From: Euryarchaeota archaeon UBA443
GTDB lineage: Archaea > Thermoplasmatota > Poseidoniia > Poseidoniales > Poseidoniaceae
Direction: 5' to 3'
Length of the DNA stretch: 62,010 nucleotides
Assembly: GCA_002499195.1 (NCBI GenBank)
Contig: DAKS01000051.1
Span: 1-62,010, forward strand
The notes beneath the pieces are model-generated. The model was not told the origin of the DNA. It saw only the letters and a list, made by a program, of their open reading frames with translations, and did no database searches. Positions 1 through 10,900 of the stretch are shown here, in pieces. Numbering within the stretch: the first letter of the stretch is position 1; every line of letters starts with the position of its first letter. Both the position numbers and the translations under genes were made by a program.

Positions 1-1336
1 CGTTAGACTCGTAGATCAACTTGTTTGTGGAACGGTCAAGAATCTTGACTTGTACGTCACAGGTTCCTGCACCACAGAGATCATCGGATCCCTCGCTGAT
101 AGTAATTTCTTCACTGAAACCCCACTTGCCATCATCGTCGTCAGAAACAGCACAGTTAGTGCCAACTGTCTCGGGAGGGTTGGTGCACTCGATGTAAGCA
201 CTACCGTCCGTGGACAACTGTACAATTACAATTGACCAGGATAGGTCGTCACCAGAGTCTAGCGCTACGTAGACGATGGCTTCTCCGCCTGCGGTTGTTC
301 CTGCGGATCCTGTCTCGCTGACTGTAAAGTCATACATCGAGAAGTCACCATCAGTGTTTGCTTCTGCGAGGCTACTTGCCCAGATGTAACTAAATAGAAC
401 GCCTTCGATGAAAGATGTATCTTCACATCCTTCCGCCATGGATGAAACAGGGCTCAAAGCATAATTGGCTTCATGCGTAGCAAACAAGGCTGTTACTGAA
501 GCAGGAATTGTACTTGCATCCTCTGCATCAAAATCATCCTCATCTTCTAAGAGTTCAACTGCATCCATCATAATTTCACGCACACCAGTCGGTGATAAAT
601 GCATACACATTATCGAGTCTTCGTCTTCAATGTCATCCTCAGCCCCTTCGGCTTCATCTTCTCCACCTTCACAATCATCATAATCATCGTTAACCCAATC
701 TGCAGGTATCTCCTCACCATCATCACAAACAAAAGTTCCCTCAGAACCGAAATCGAATGCAAGCATACCATATCCATCTGCAGCAAAATATGCGTTACCT
801 GCTGGTTCAAAATTCCAAACTATATCGTCTTCAGCCCCTTCAGCTTCATCTTCTCCGCCTTCACAATCATCATAATCATCGTTAACGTAATCTCTAGGAA
901 TTTCATCACCATCATCGCAAACGAAATGAGGATCATCTCCCTCAAAAATATCTATACTAAGTGTGGGCGTTAGACCTGAAAGTCCAAATTCTGCCTCGTA
1001 AATGACCTCTTCATCATCATCAATAGAAAATTCGGCAACTACACAAACATCGTCGTGAATTACAAGCGTGTATCCACTGTCATCTTCGAAATCATCCCCA
1101 TCATCAATCGCTTCCTGAGCCTCAGCATTGGTATCAAAGCACTCATACGGCTGAAGAGTATAGAGCTCAAACGTATTGTCAGCATTCATACTGACACGCA
1201 TGGACCACATCATACCATGATAAACTCCATCGAGATCTTGGTTTGTTAAAACACTCGGCTCTGTCGCATCTTCAGCAAGTTCAGTACATCCAGCAAGCAT
1301 CATTGAAAGGGTTAGCAAAATTGCAATCTTCTTCAT
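1..1336 (-). CDS. Acidic surface lipoprotein with two LDL-receptor class A-like repeats and a C-terminal pilin-head-like domain (3' end runs off the window; missing from the ORF track)
   Basis: Manual minus-strand translation from ATG at 1336: MKKIAILLTLSMMLAGC (lipobox), 2x F-V-C-D-D-G-x-E-I-P-x-D-[YW]-V-N-D-D-Y-D-D-C-E-G-G-E-D-E; frame stays open to the window edge. Confidence 0.85.
   Translation of the reverse strand, partial: MKKIAILLTLSMMLAGCTELAEDATEPSVLTNQDLDGVYHGMMWSMRVSMNADNTFELYTLQPYECFDTNAEAQEAIDDGDDFEDDSGYTLVIHDDVCVVAEFSIDDDEEVIYEAEFGLSGLTPTLSIDIFEGDDPHFVCDDGDEIPRDYVNDDYDDCEGGEDEAEGAEDDIVWNFEPAGNAYFAADGYGMLAFDFGSEGTFVCDDGEEIPADWVNDDYDDCEGGEDEAEGAEDDIEDEDSIMCMHLSPTGVREIMMDAVELLEDEDDFDAEDASTIPASVTALFATHEANYALSPVSSMAEGCEDTSFIEGVLFSYIWASSLAEANTDGDFSMYDFTVSETGSAGTTAGGEAIVYVALDSGDDLSWSIVIVQLSTDGSAYIECTNPPETVGTNCAVSDDDDGKWGFSEEITISEGSDDLCGAGTCDVQVKILDRSTNKLIYESN
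631..926. repeat. Two ~100-bp near-identical direct repeats (approx. 631-734 and 826-926) encoding the LDLa-like modules
   Basis: Shared core gcttcatcttctcc(a/g)ccttcacaatcatcataatcatcgttaac in both copies. Confidence 0.85.
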
Positions 1337-1384
1337 GAATATACCTTGTCAATGACAGATATAAATTGTTTCGCCACCTCAAAA

Positions 1385-2464
1385 TTAGGCGTTGAGATTT
1401 ATGACAGACACTTCCAATCGCTCATGCGTAGGATGAACCTCGACCATTTGAACTGGAACAGAAAGAATCTCTGCAAGTTCTTCTGCAACGCTCAATGGCA
1501 TCTCGATTCGTCGAGCAGTTGCATCGTATCGTAACCAGGACGAACTGATCTCCAGTGTTTCTTGCAATTCCATCATATCATCGCGAGCATCTTCTGGTTC
1601 GGTTGGAATCGCTCCAAAAAGAATCGTATCATCTTCAGATAGGATCTCATATGGTCGAAGTGTTGCTTCTGCTCTTCTTCGGAATCGGGCTCGTAATTGT
1701 CCTGCATCTTTGTAGGATGCTGTACAGAATTTAAGGTGGAATGACTTGCCTTTTGCGGCTTCTTTGAGCCGGACTCCTAATTCGAACGAACCTTCTGCAG
1801 CTGCTGAAAGTCCACTTGAAAGATTGAAGCCTCGAACATCCATATTCTCTTGATTACCAGTTGTAATTTCCAGTTCGTTCAAATTGAGGAATTGTATGGG
1901 TAGTTCATCCAATTGCTCTAGAAGTTCAAACAAAGAATCTTCTTTATCGGGTTCACATGGAAGTTCGATTCCAACATTAATTCCAGAATCACTGGATGCT
2001 CTAATGACTTCTTCGTATTGTGTAGTCGTTCCATCTAGGAGATGGAAACGAAGTTCATCCAATCCAGCAGAAGCAAGTTTCTCGACCCATTCAAGTTTGA
2101 ATGGTATTGATGTGTAAAGATGGATGTGATGTTCTTGACCAAATGCTTGCTTGAGTTGTTTGATCGCTTCGACGGAACGTTCAGCATCTAGCATCGGATC
2201 ACCTCCAGTAATCCCTGTTCCAGTCGCCTTCATGGCATGACCTTCTTCGATGACCTCTTCCCATGTTGAGCATCGTCGCTCGTTCGCGAACATATCCGGT
2301 GATTCACGTCGATTTTCAGACAGTGGGCAATAATCGCATCCCCAGTGACATTTTCCCGTGACAAAGAGAACAAGTTTGCGTCCTTCTTGGCACTGAACAC
2401 AACCTTCTGCCTCACCTTCCTCAGGTGGAATAATCTCCGTATGCATTGGAAGATGGACCACCAT
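1385..2464 (-). CDS. Archaeal radical SAM protein (uncharacterised, COG2108-like); start uncertain (2446-2494)
   Basis: CHWGCDYC = CxxxCxxC; GITGGDP motif; extra N-terminal GCVQC. Confidence 0.85.
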   Translation of the reverse strand: MVVHLPMHTEIIPPEEGEAEGCVQCQEGRKLVLFVTGKCHWGCDYCPLSENRRESPDMFANERRCSTWEEVIEEGHAMKATGTGITGGDPMLDAERSVEAIKQLKQAFGQEHHIHLYTSIPFKLEWVEKLASAGLDELRFHLLDGTTTQYEEVIRASSDSGINVGIELPCEPDKEDSLFELLEQLDELPIQFLNLNELEITTGNQENMDVRGFNLSSGLSAAAEGSFELGVRLKEAAKGKSFHLKFCTASYKDAGQLRARFRRRAEATLRPYEILSEDDTILFGAIPTEPEDARDDMMELQETLEISSSWLRYDATARRIEMPLSVAEELAEILSVPVQMVEVHPTHERLEVSVINLNA

Positions 2465-2490
2465 AAGCAGAACTCCTGAACACTCCTTGT

Positions 2491-3183
2491 TCAATCCGTC
2501 GGTGAAAGTTCAGCGATTTCGTTCAATAGCCAAGCATGAAAACGACGGTCATTGGTGAGTTCGGGATGGAATGTGACTGCACATTTTGAACCATCGCGTA
2601 CGCCAACGATCTCGTCGCCAAATCGTGCAATGACCTCACAATCGATTCCATCATTATCGAATCGTGGTGCTCGAATGAATACTCCAGGAAATGCATCTTT
2701 GTCAATATCTGATTCAACATCACCTACAATCAGTGGAGTATGGCCATAAGCATCTGGTTTTCGAGCGATGGAGGTGCCTCGAGTTTTCACTTGTTCGAGT
2801 GTTACATCGATAGGTGCTTCGAACGACTGACGCTGTCGACCCCACGCATTGCGTGAAATCTTGGCTTGAATATATGGAGAACGATCGTTACTTGGCATAG
2901 CTAGGAGAATCGCTCCTGCACATGTTCCCAAAACCGGTCGATTTGGATGCGATTCCATCCATTCGTAAATCGAATCAAGCAAACCCTCAGATCGAGAAGC
3001 AATACGCATTGTAGTGGATTCTCCACCGGGTAAAATCAAACCTTGAATCGATGAATCTAGGTCGTCTGCAGTACGCAATTGAACCACTTCAACGCTTTGC
3101 TTTAGCACTTCAGCAATCGACATGACCGCCTCCTCATGCTCGTGCCGAGCACCTTGCAACATTGCAAGACCTACTCGCATCAT
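2491..3183 (-). CDS. pdxT: Pyridoxal 5'-phosphate synthase glutaminase subunit
   Basis: LILPGGESTT, LGTCAGAI, RNAWGRQRQSFE, VFIRAP, FHPEL motifs. Confidence 0.93.
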   Translation of the reverse strand: MMRVGLAMLQGARHEHEEAVMSIAEVLKQSVEVVQLRTADDLDSSIQGLILPGGESTTMRIASRSEGLLDSIYEWMESHPNRPVLGTCAGAILLAMPSNDRSPYIQAKISRNAWGRQRQSFEAPIDVTLEQVKTRGTSIARKPDAYGHTPLIVGDVESDIDKDAFPGVFIRAPRFDNDGIDCEVIARFGDEIVGVRDGSKCAVTFHPELTNDRRFHAWLLNEIAELSPTD

Positions 3184-3292
3184 ATTCCTCGCTAGAACTC
3201 CTTCTCTTTAGCACATAGCATCATTGCAAACTGTAGTTTTAATCGAATATGAGAGTCGTTATTCAAAAACCGGGCGCGATAGCATTCGTTTC

Positions 3293-4477
3293 ATGGCACA
3301 CGAAGGAGACTGTTTTCTCGTCCCTGGCCCGGTACGAATGAGTGATGCTTGCCTCCAGGCCATGGCGACTCCTGTCATGACCGCTCGCGGTACAGAATTT
3401 AGAGATGTTATGGCTGATCTTAACGCAGGATTGAGAACAGCATTCAATCTTACACAATCCTCACGTGAAAGAGGTACTGAATCATGGTCTGGTGAAGATG
3501 GCTACAAGGTCATCGCCGTTTCTGGTAGCGGAACTGCTGCCATGGAGATGGTTATTGCCAATAGATTCAGACCGAACGACCGTGTTCTTGTTCCGACCAA
3601 CGGCAAGTTTGGTGAGCGTGTTGCTGAAATTTGTAAGCGATATTGTCAAGTCAAACATATTGCATATGAGTGGGGGCGCAGTTTCGATGTGATGGAACTT
3701 GAAGAACAACTCGGTCGAGGAACCTTTGAAGCACTTCTGATTTGTCACAATGAAACAAGTTCAGGAATAACTCAAGATGCTGCAGCATTGGCTCAGATGT
3801 GCATCGAACATGGAGTCGCATTCATTCTCGATGGTATTACCTCCGTAGGCGGCCTTCCGGTTCATCCTGCACAATGGAATGCAGAGGCTGTTGTAATGGG
3901 AGCCCAGAAGTGTACTGCAGGTCCAAGCGGTATTGCAGCTATCGCCATCAACGAGCACTTTATTGAACGCGTCAAAACAATACGTCAACAAGATGATTCA
4001 AACCCAGTCTACTATCTTGATTTGATTTCAGCACTCAAGAAAGGAGGCGATGACCAAACACCTTGGACACCTGCAATCAATCTAGCAATGGGTTGGGCTG
4101 CCTCACTTCGCGAACTTGAGGAAGAAGGGCTTGAGAATCGTTGGAATCGATGTCGAACCCTTGCCGATGGCGTTCGACGATTGTTTTCTGACCTTGGATT
4201 CATGCTTCTCGCTGATGGTGGACAACAAAGCGACACAGTCACCGCCATCATGTATCCTGAAGGAATAAACGATTCATGGCGAAGTAAATTGAAGGATGAT
4301 TATGATACACAAGTCATCGGAGCACAAGACGATCTCAAAGGCAAAATGTTCCGTATTGGAAGTATGGGTACAACGAGCATTGATGAGATGATTGAAGGTT
4401 GTAATCGAATGATTGCTTGCTTCAATGAAATGGGACATACACTTCCAAACGTTGATGTTGCATCCTACTTTGCATGA
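3293..4477 (+). CDS. Class V PLP aminotransferase (alanine-glyoxylate/serine-pyruvate type)
   Basis: LVPGPV, GSGTAAME, NGKFGER, HNETSSG, GAQKC (PLP Lys), QTPWTP, FRIGSMG. Confidence 0.9.
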   Translation: MAHEGDCFLVPGPVRMSDACLQAMATPVMTARGTEFRDVMADLNAGLRTAFNLTQSSRERGTESWSGEDGYKVIAVSGSGTAAMEMVIANRFRPNDRVLVPTNGKFGERVAEICKRYCQVKHIAYEWGRSFDVMELEEQLGRGTFEALLICHNETSSGITQDAAALAQMCIEHGVAFILDGITSVGGLPVHPAQWNAEAVVMGAQKCTAGPSGIAAIAINEHFIERVKTIRQQDDSNPVYYLDLISALKKGGDDQTPWTPAINLAMGWAASLRELEEEGLENRWNRCRTLADGVRRLFSDLGFMLLADGGQQSDTVTAIMYPEGINDSWRSKLKDDYDTQVIGAQDDLKGKMFRIGSMGTTSIDEMIEGCNRMIACFNEMGHTLPNVDVASYFA

Positions 4478-4480
4478 AAT

Positions 4481-5029
4481 ATGGGCAAAGGAATCGTACT
4501 CGGACGGTTCCAACCATTCCATAATGGGCATGCATATTTGCTTGAACATGCATTATCTGAATTCGAGCAGGTGACCATTGCGATAGGTTCCGCTCAAGAG
4601 GAATGGACCGCTGACAACCCATTTTCAGTTCAAGAACGAACAGATATGATTCTTTCTTGGGCGACTGCAAATGAATTTCAAGGCAATATCACAATCGTTG
4701 GAATCGATGACATCAACGATCCCCCTAATTGGGTACAGCATGCGTCCGAACATCATGGAGAAGGGACGCTCGTAACATCGGATGAAGCAACAAAGAACCT
4801 CTATGAAGAATCTGGATTTTCTGTTCATTGGGTTGATTTACATGAACGAGGACAATTCGAAGGATGGCGTATTCGTCAAACCTGCATGATGCTTTCAACC
4901 GTTTACGATGATGAGGCTGCACGAATGGTGCTCTTGCCGAGCGTTCCTGAATCGATCATTGAGTGGTTGATTACGAATGATGGATTGTATCGATTCTCAC
5001 AGATTAACTCAACACCGCATGCAGGTTGA
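4481..5029 (+). CDS. nadM: Nicotinamide-nucleotide adenylyltransferase (archaeal NMNAT)
   Basis: GRFQPFHNGH (HxGH), IGSAQ, DNPFSxxER motifs. Confidence 0.85.
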   Translation: MGKGIVLGRFQPFHNGHAYLLEHALSEFEQVTIAIGSAQEEWTADNPFSVQERTDMILSWATANEFQGNITIVGIDDINDPPNWVQHASEHHGEGTLVTSDEATKNLYEESGFSVHWVDLHERGQFEGWRIRQTCMMLSTVYDDEAARMVLLPSVPESIIEWLITNDGLYRFSQINSTPHAG

Positions 5030-5599
5030 TCATTCGGTAGCAACAACCACTCTGGCCGCTCGAAGTACACGTTCCTTGTACATGTAGCCTGGTTCAAGAA
5101 CGTCGATGACTTGTCCAACAGGAAACTGTTCTGAAGCGGGTAGGGTTGTAATCGCCTCCATAGTCGCAGGATTGAATTGTTGACCTTTCGCCTCAATTGC
5201 TTTGATACCATCCGCTTCTAGTTCACGCCAGAGTTTGTTTCGCAACAAGCGAAGACCTTGTGCAACAGGTGACTCATCACCTTCCTCAACTTGACTTAAC
5301 GCACGATCAACATCATTGAGAATTGGAATCATTCTCCTTGCAAGACCCATCCCTCCATACTGGATAAGAGAAGACTTCTCGGCCATCAATCGCTTGCGAA
5401 CGTTTTGGATTTCCGCATCCTTGTAAGCAATTTCTTTCTCTGCCTTTTCTGCTCTTTGAATCGCTTCTTCAAGAGGATCGGCCGGTTCAACATGTTCGGA
5501 CAGATCGATCTGTTCTTCGACCTCTTCGAACGCAGGAGTTTCATCATCGTGCGATTCGGACGTTTCATCCAAAGGAACGTCTTCATTTTCCTCTGACAT
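5030..5599 (-). CDS. grpE: Nucleotide exchange factor GrpE
   Basis: AEIQNVRKR, GQQFNPATMEAI, GYMYKERVLRAARVVV. Confidence 0.92.
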   Translation of the reverse strand: MSEENEDVPLDETSESHDDETPAFEEVEEQIDLSEHVEPADPLEEAIQRAEKAEKEIAYKDAEIQNVRKRLMAEKSSLIQYGGMGLARRMIPILNDVDRALSQVEEGDESPVAQGLRLLRNKLWRELEADGIKAIEAKGQQFNPATMEAITTLPASEQFPVGQVIDVLEPGYMYKERVLRAARVVVATE

Positions 5600-5625
5600 G
5601 ATTCCACCGAAACGGATGTGGTCTT

Positions 5626-6342
5626 TCAACCCGACGCTGTTGTATGGTCAGGAAGATCATTCGCAATGATAGTTGAAAGGTTCCATGAAAAGGTGCCCCA
5701 CTTTCTTGCTTCTAAATGATCTCTGCCAATGATGGCAACCAGATCATCCTCGTTATTCCATCGAGTCATCGTATGCACCAGTGCTTTTGCAGCACGATCA
5801 TGGGCTTCAAAAGTAGGGACGATACGAGGATCTTCTTTCTCATCTATGGTTTCACCGAGTTCCTTTCGTCGTTCCATCCAATCCAAGCAAACACGTTCAG
5901 CATATTCTTGTTCTGGTAGATTTTTGAGCGCTTGACAGACTCCATCCCATGTTTCACCACCGTACAATTCCTCTTCTCCTTCAATCGTCTTTGAAAGTGC
6001 AACATCGAGATACATGTAGGCTCGACCTTCCCATGCTTCCCAAGCACCAGGACTGGACCATTTCATTGCAAGAAGAATCCCCTTCTCACCATCGCCTGAA
6101 TCCTGTAAACAGGACCAGAATGAAGCGGAATCATTCGCTTCACGACTCTGAGTATCCATCCAATCAAGCAGTTCTGCTTCAGCATCGATATCGAAATTCA
6201 CCTTCAATCGACCATCTTGCTCTGGACGTTTTGATCTCAAAGTTCGTTGTTCCAGTCCAGAATAAAGCTCATTCCATGGCATTTCCATCAGATGATGCAA
6301 ACTTGAGACGTCGACCAAAAGAACGACGATTTCCAGTCCCAT
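5626..6342 (-). CDS. Hypothetical Trp/acidic-rich protein
   Basis: Long ORF with protein-like composition, co-oriented with grpE; no recognised motif. Confidence 0.75.
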   Translation of the reverse strand: MGLEIVVLLVDVSSLHHLMEMPWNELYSGLEQRTLRSKRPEQDGRLKVNFDIDAEAELLDWMDTQSREANDSASFWSCLQDSGDGEKGILLAMKWSSPGAWEAWEGRAYMYLDVALSKTIEGEEELYGGETWDGVCQALKNLPEQEYAERVCLDWMERRKELGETIDEKEDPRIVPTFEAHDRAAKALVHTMTRWNNEDDLVAIIGRDHLEARKWGTFSWNLSTIIANDLPDHTTASG

Positions 6343-6475
6343 GAAATCACCGAGGGACGGCTCTTCTTTGATACATTCGGCAACTTCAAAAAACAAGGGA
6401 TTGGAAAAATTCTGTAAAAAAAGGCAACAGGATTGAAGAACAGTGTCGGTTCCAAAAGGTCAGAGGGGGGTTCGC

Positions 6476-7591
6476 ATGGCGACGATTAAAGAGCAAATCG
6501 AATTGATTCGCGCTGAAATCGATAAGACGCAAAAGAACAAAGCTACGAATGCCCACATCGGGAAGTTGAAGGCCAAGATTGCCCAACTGAAAATCAAGGA
6601 AGAGAAAGCTGCTGCGCATTCGAAAGCGAGTGGTGGTGGCAAAGGATTTGAAGTCAAGAAATCAGGTGATGCAACCGTTTCACTAGTTGGTTTTCCTTCG
6701 GTAGGAAAATCAACACTCATCTCAAAAGTGACCGATGCTCATTCTGAAGCAGGTGGATATGAGTTTACAACATTGACCTGCATTCCTGGTGTCATGGAAC
6801 ATCGTGGTGCGAAGATTCAGATTCTTGACTTGCCTGGTCTGATCAAAGGAGCTGCTGAAGGAAAAGGTCGAGGAAAAGAAATTCTCAATGTAATTCGATC
6901 ATCGGATATGGTCCTCTACATCGTCGACCCATTCCAAGATGGTCACTTCAATGTCCTTCACAGAGAATTGCATAATTCTGGACTTCGATTGAATCAACAG
7001 AAACCTCCTGTTTTCATCAAACGAGTTGACAAAGGTGGAATCGATGTTCGAACTACTGTGGAACAAACCCATCTTACTCCTGAAGAGATGGGAGAAATTA
7101 TTCGATCTTTTGGTTACACATCGGCTATCGTAACGCTACGTCAGGATACAACTGCAGAACAAATCGTTGATTGTTTGGCTGGAAACATTGTGTATGAAAA
7201 AGCAGTCATCGCCATCAACAAAATAGATATCGCAACTCCGGAGGACATTCAAAGAGCTAAATCTGGACTTCCAGATGATTGGCCAATCATGGAGATTTCT
7301 GCCTTCAAAGATATTGGGCTTACAGAACTCAAAGATTTCATTTACGATAATCTTGGATTTATGCGAGTCTTCCTAAAACCACAAGGCCAGGAAGCTGATT
7401 TGGAAGAGCCACTCATCGTCAAAGATGATTCAACCGTTGAAACTATCTGCAACAAATTGCATCGAGACTTCGTAAGAAAATTCCGATTTGCAAGAATCAA
7501 GGGTCCATCGGCTAAATTTGATTGGCAACGAGTTGGACTAGATCATAGACTCAAGGATGGCGACCTACTAACCATCGTGGTGAAGCGATGA
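6476..7591 (+). CDS. DRG/Rbg-family (OBG-like) GTPase with TGS domain
   Basis: NKATNAHIGKLKAK, GFPSVGKST, YEFTTL, DLPG, NKID, C-terminal VGLDHRLKDGD. Confidence 0.93.
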   Translation: MATIKEQIELIRAEIDKTQKNKATNAHIGKLKAKIAQLKIKEEKAAAHSKASGGGKGFEVKKSGDATVSLVGFPSVGKSTLISKVTDAHSEAGGYEFTTLTCIPGVMEHRGAKIQILDLPGLIKGAAEGKGRGKEILNVIRSSDMVLYIVDPFQDGHFNVLHRELHNSGLRLNQQKPPVFIKRVDKGGIDVRTTVEQTHLTPEEMGEIIRSFGYTSAIVTLRQDTTAEQIVDCLAGNIVYEKAVIAINKIDIATPEDIQRAKSGLPDDWPIMEISAFKDIGLTELKDFIYDNLGFMRVFLKPQGQEADLEEPLIVKDDSTVETICNKLHRDFVRKFRFARIKGPSAKFDWQRVGLDHRLKDGDLLTIVVKR

Positions 7592-7995
7592 AACACCTTT
7601 GGCGCTATCACAAAGATGCATTGGCCATAGGTTTAGGCCTCTTTTTCATCAATGTTGGAATTCTCCATTTCACAGACGCTGAATGGTTTACACCAATCGT
7701 TCCAGATATCCTCCCATTCAGTGCTGAATTTTGGGTTATTATCAGTGGAATCCCTGAGGTTTTGTGTGGAGTTGGGTTAATCATTCCCCGCACTCGAATC
7801 ATTGCAGGAAAAGCCACTGTAGCCCTTCTTATCGTCCTTTACTGGGCTAATCTCAACATGTGGTTCAACAATATTTCATTGGATGGGATCACACTTTCTT
7901 TTTGGGGACACATTTTGCGCGGTCTTGCCCAACTAGGAATGATCGCTATTGCAGCCTACTTAGCCGAATGGATTCCTGAATACGGTTCAAAATAA
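7588..7995 (+). CDS. DoxX-like small membrane protein
   Basis: GILHF...IVP...SGIPEVLCGVGL...WANLNM pattern, 4 TM segments. Confidence 0.7.
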   Translation: MKHLWRYHKDALAIGLGLFFINVGILHFTDAEWFTPIVPDILPFSAEFWVIISGIPEVLCGVGLIIPRTRIIAGKATVALLIVLYWANLNMWFNNISLDGITLSFWGHILRGLAQLGMIAIAAYLAEWIPEYGSK

Positions 7996-7997
7996 GC

Positions 7998-10900
7998 TCA
8001 GGACCATTTGTCATCACCATCTTCACCATTACGTACGCGTACGAAGGCGATCAACAGTACTAGAATTGTTATCAGTATTCCAACTTGAACGATACCATTG
8101 GAAAGAGGTGATGCTTTCTTCTCGTCCTCATTCACATCTGTAGAGTCGTTTGGAGATGTTGGGTTTGGATTATTGTTATTATCAATCTCCAAATCGATTG
8201 TAACCGATATGCTGCTTTCATTCGAATTGCCAGAAGCATCAGCACTCTTCACCGTGATAATGTAATCACCGTTAGCGTAAGCCTCTGTGATAACTTCATG
8301 ATTCTTCTTTGTTGCAAATTCATCTTCATGTATTGATGTTGTTCCAATCAATACATGCTCTGTAGAACTTTCAGATGTATACCATGTGATTTTGATACGA
8401 CCATCTTCGAGAACTTCTGAATCCAAATTCAATAGTTCAGGAGGTGTTTCGTCGACAACACTGCTCGTATTGAAGTAGAGAATTACATCGTCGGTTGCAT
8501 TGGCCTGAATGAAGAGCCAATATGATGTTCCTACTTCTAAGTCAGTGAGCGTTATTGCATGGTCTGTTCCGGAAGCTGTTTCGAATCGGTTTGTCGATTC
8601 ATCCACAGGTTGCTGCCCAGAAAGAGCATATTGAATCGATGTCACGTCTGAAACCGTCGTTGACCATGTAATGACTGCACTTGAGGAGGTTACGGTTTCA
8701 ATAGAAGCTCCAAAGATTTGTTGTGGAATTTCAGGCATTTCAAAACCAGTTAATGTCGCATAGACGTGACCATCAACATCGTAAGAAGATAGCATCTCCT
8801 CTTGACCTGTTCCATCGAGAATCATGTCAATGATGTTTGGATCGTAATCGATTCCATCATCTGAAGCCGGATTGGAACCTCCTCCCAATGTCCATGTTGA
8901 AGGTGTTTCATCAACGTCTCGCCACTTTCCAGTTCCAAATCCATCTTGACTACCGATGACGATGATGTAACGGTAGTTCGGAATGTCATCTCCGATCACG
9001 TCTTTGCTAACTGTGAATGTGATAGTCTTGGCTGTAACATCGCCTGAGACTTCAATCCCTCTTGATGAAGTACTTCCAGTTTCGGATTGTACTGCAAATA
9101 CTGCTCCTGGCTCACCTGTCCCACTAATGGCGACTTCCCAAGCCCAATCATCATCGATTCGAGCATTAGCACCATCGAGCATTTCAGTTGAACCATATGT
9201 GGTCTGTCCTTGATCGACGTAGATTTGAACGATCTGATGACTGAAACCATTGCTCAAACTCCAGATATCGGTCATTTCATCCATTTCCAGTATGAATTGG
9301 GCATTCCAAGCGCTTTGTCGAATCGTCAGTTTCTTCGCATCCCATAATCCACCATTATTCGGTGTTGCAAAATCGCTGGCGAGTGGATAGATGTAGTCAC
9401 CATCTCCAGTCTCATCGCCAATAGCATCATCCAACTCGAGTAATGTAACCCATTCCTCCAAGTCAGGAAGAACGACTTCAGCAGGAGCTGGTGGAGCCAT
9501 TTCCTTGTCGACTCCATCACCATAAGCAAGTGAATCAGCCAGGGCTGCAACGACCTTGATTCGAGTAGAGTAACGAGGTGCAAGGCCGATTTCCGACCAT
9601 GGAATCACAAATTCATAGACATCTTGAACCGCACAACTTCCAAGCGATGAACTAGCGCTTAGAACCCATTGTTCTTGATCTCCGCTCTTTCCTTTAGCAG
9701 TGAAAAGATTCCATTTTGCTCTACCATCGTCCCGTAATGTGTCAAAATCGAAAGCGACCATGTACTTCGCTGGGAAACTGAGAATTTGGTTTCCGTAATA
9801 GGTACGGAAATTTGTCTCCGCTTCATTGAAATTGACCGCATTCGGTTGCATGAAGTAAAGTGCCAAATCTGGAGATTTTCCATCGAGAGACGCATTTTCA
9901 AGTTCTTCGATGGTGGTTGCATCAACTCGAACAAAGACGTTTGATGCATCATAACCGACATAGAACTCCTCGATGTTGAACGGTGCCCCTTCAACCGGAG
10001 CATCGTAACGGGCTGCACCATCCCATTCACCGGGTAATGCAATGCCATCGATCATCGGTTCGATTATCGAAGAGGCTGCAGGCGAAGGGACTGCAGGATT
10101 GGTCCATAAGTCTTGGAGATATGGTGGAAGGTCGAGATTGACTGCGCGGTAAATATTTGACAGATGTACCTTGAACAAAACGTCCCAATTCTCATCATAT
10201 CCACTGTCTTGATCAAGTCCATACCACCAGAACCAATCGCTTCCTTCGGCGATATACAACGATTCCCATGCCGCTTCAAGACCAGGGTCGTTTGGATTTT
10301 CTTCTTCAAATGCTACAAGTTGCTGACGTGCTTCAACAAGACGCTGCCATGCAAGTGATTCTTCTTCTTCTCCAGCCCAAGTCCTCAGGGTTCCATCAAT
10401 CCATGAACCAGTGCCAATCGTCTGAATTTCAGGTAGTGTTGGTTCGGATTCGAGGAATTCGGAAGGCGTGGTTGTTACGATCGTTGGATGTGTTGCGAGC
10501 CGGCCATACCACTCGGCCATGAACGGTCGTGCGTTGTCTTGATGTTGGAATTCGGACATAAACATCCAATTCTCACCATCCAAGGCTACAGTGAGAAGAT
10601 GTTCGGATGGATCTTCTCCGGCATCCAAGAGTTGTTGCCGAATATTGTCAAGATAAGCTATGAAATCGGAAACTGCAGCCTCTGGAGTCATTGTTCCATA
10701 TTGGAAAGCGATACGGTCTGAAATGACCCGATCTCGGAAAATTACAGCCACTTCACCGCCATCCTCTCCGGTCACCTTCCATGGAGTTGCTAGATTTGTT
10801 ACGTCCTCAACATCGATATAGTCTCCATTTTGGTTGGTGGATTGTTTGAGAATCTCTTCATCGGTCACCATCCATTCAATGCCAACGTCGGTAACAGGTT

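Noticed and set aside
631-926. Direct repeats as a possible CRISPR array
   Set aside because: Only two ~100-bp copies, in frame within a CDS; no repeat-spacer periodicity and no cas genes
16-1249. Short ORFs in the track (Ser-rich or Ile-rich)
   Set aside because: Antisense or off-frame shadows of the long minus-strand lipoprotein gene 1-1336
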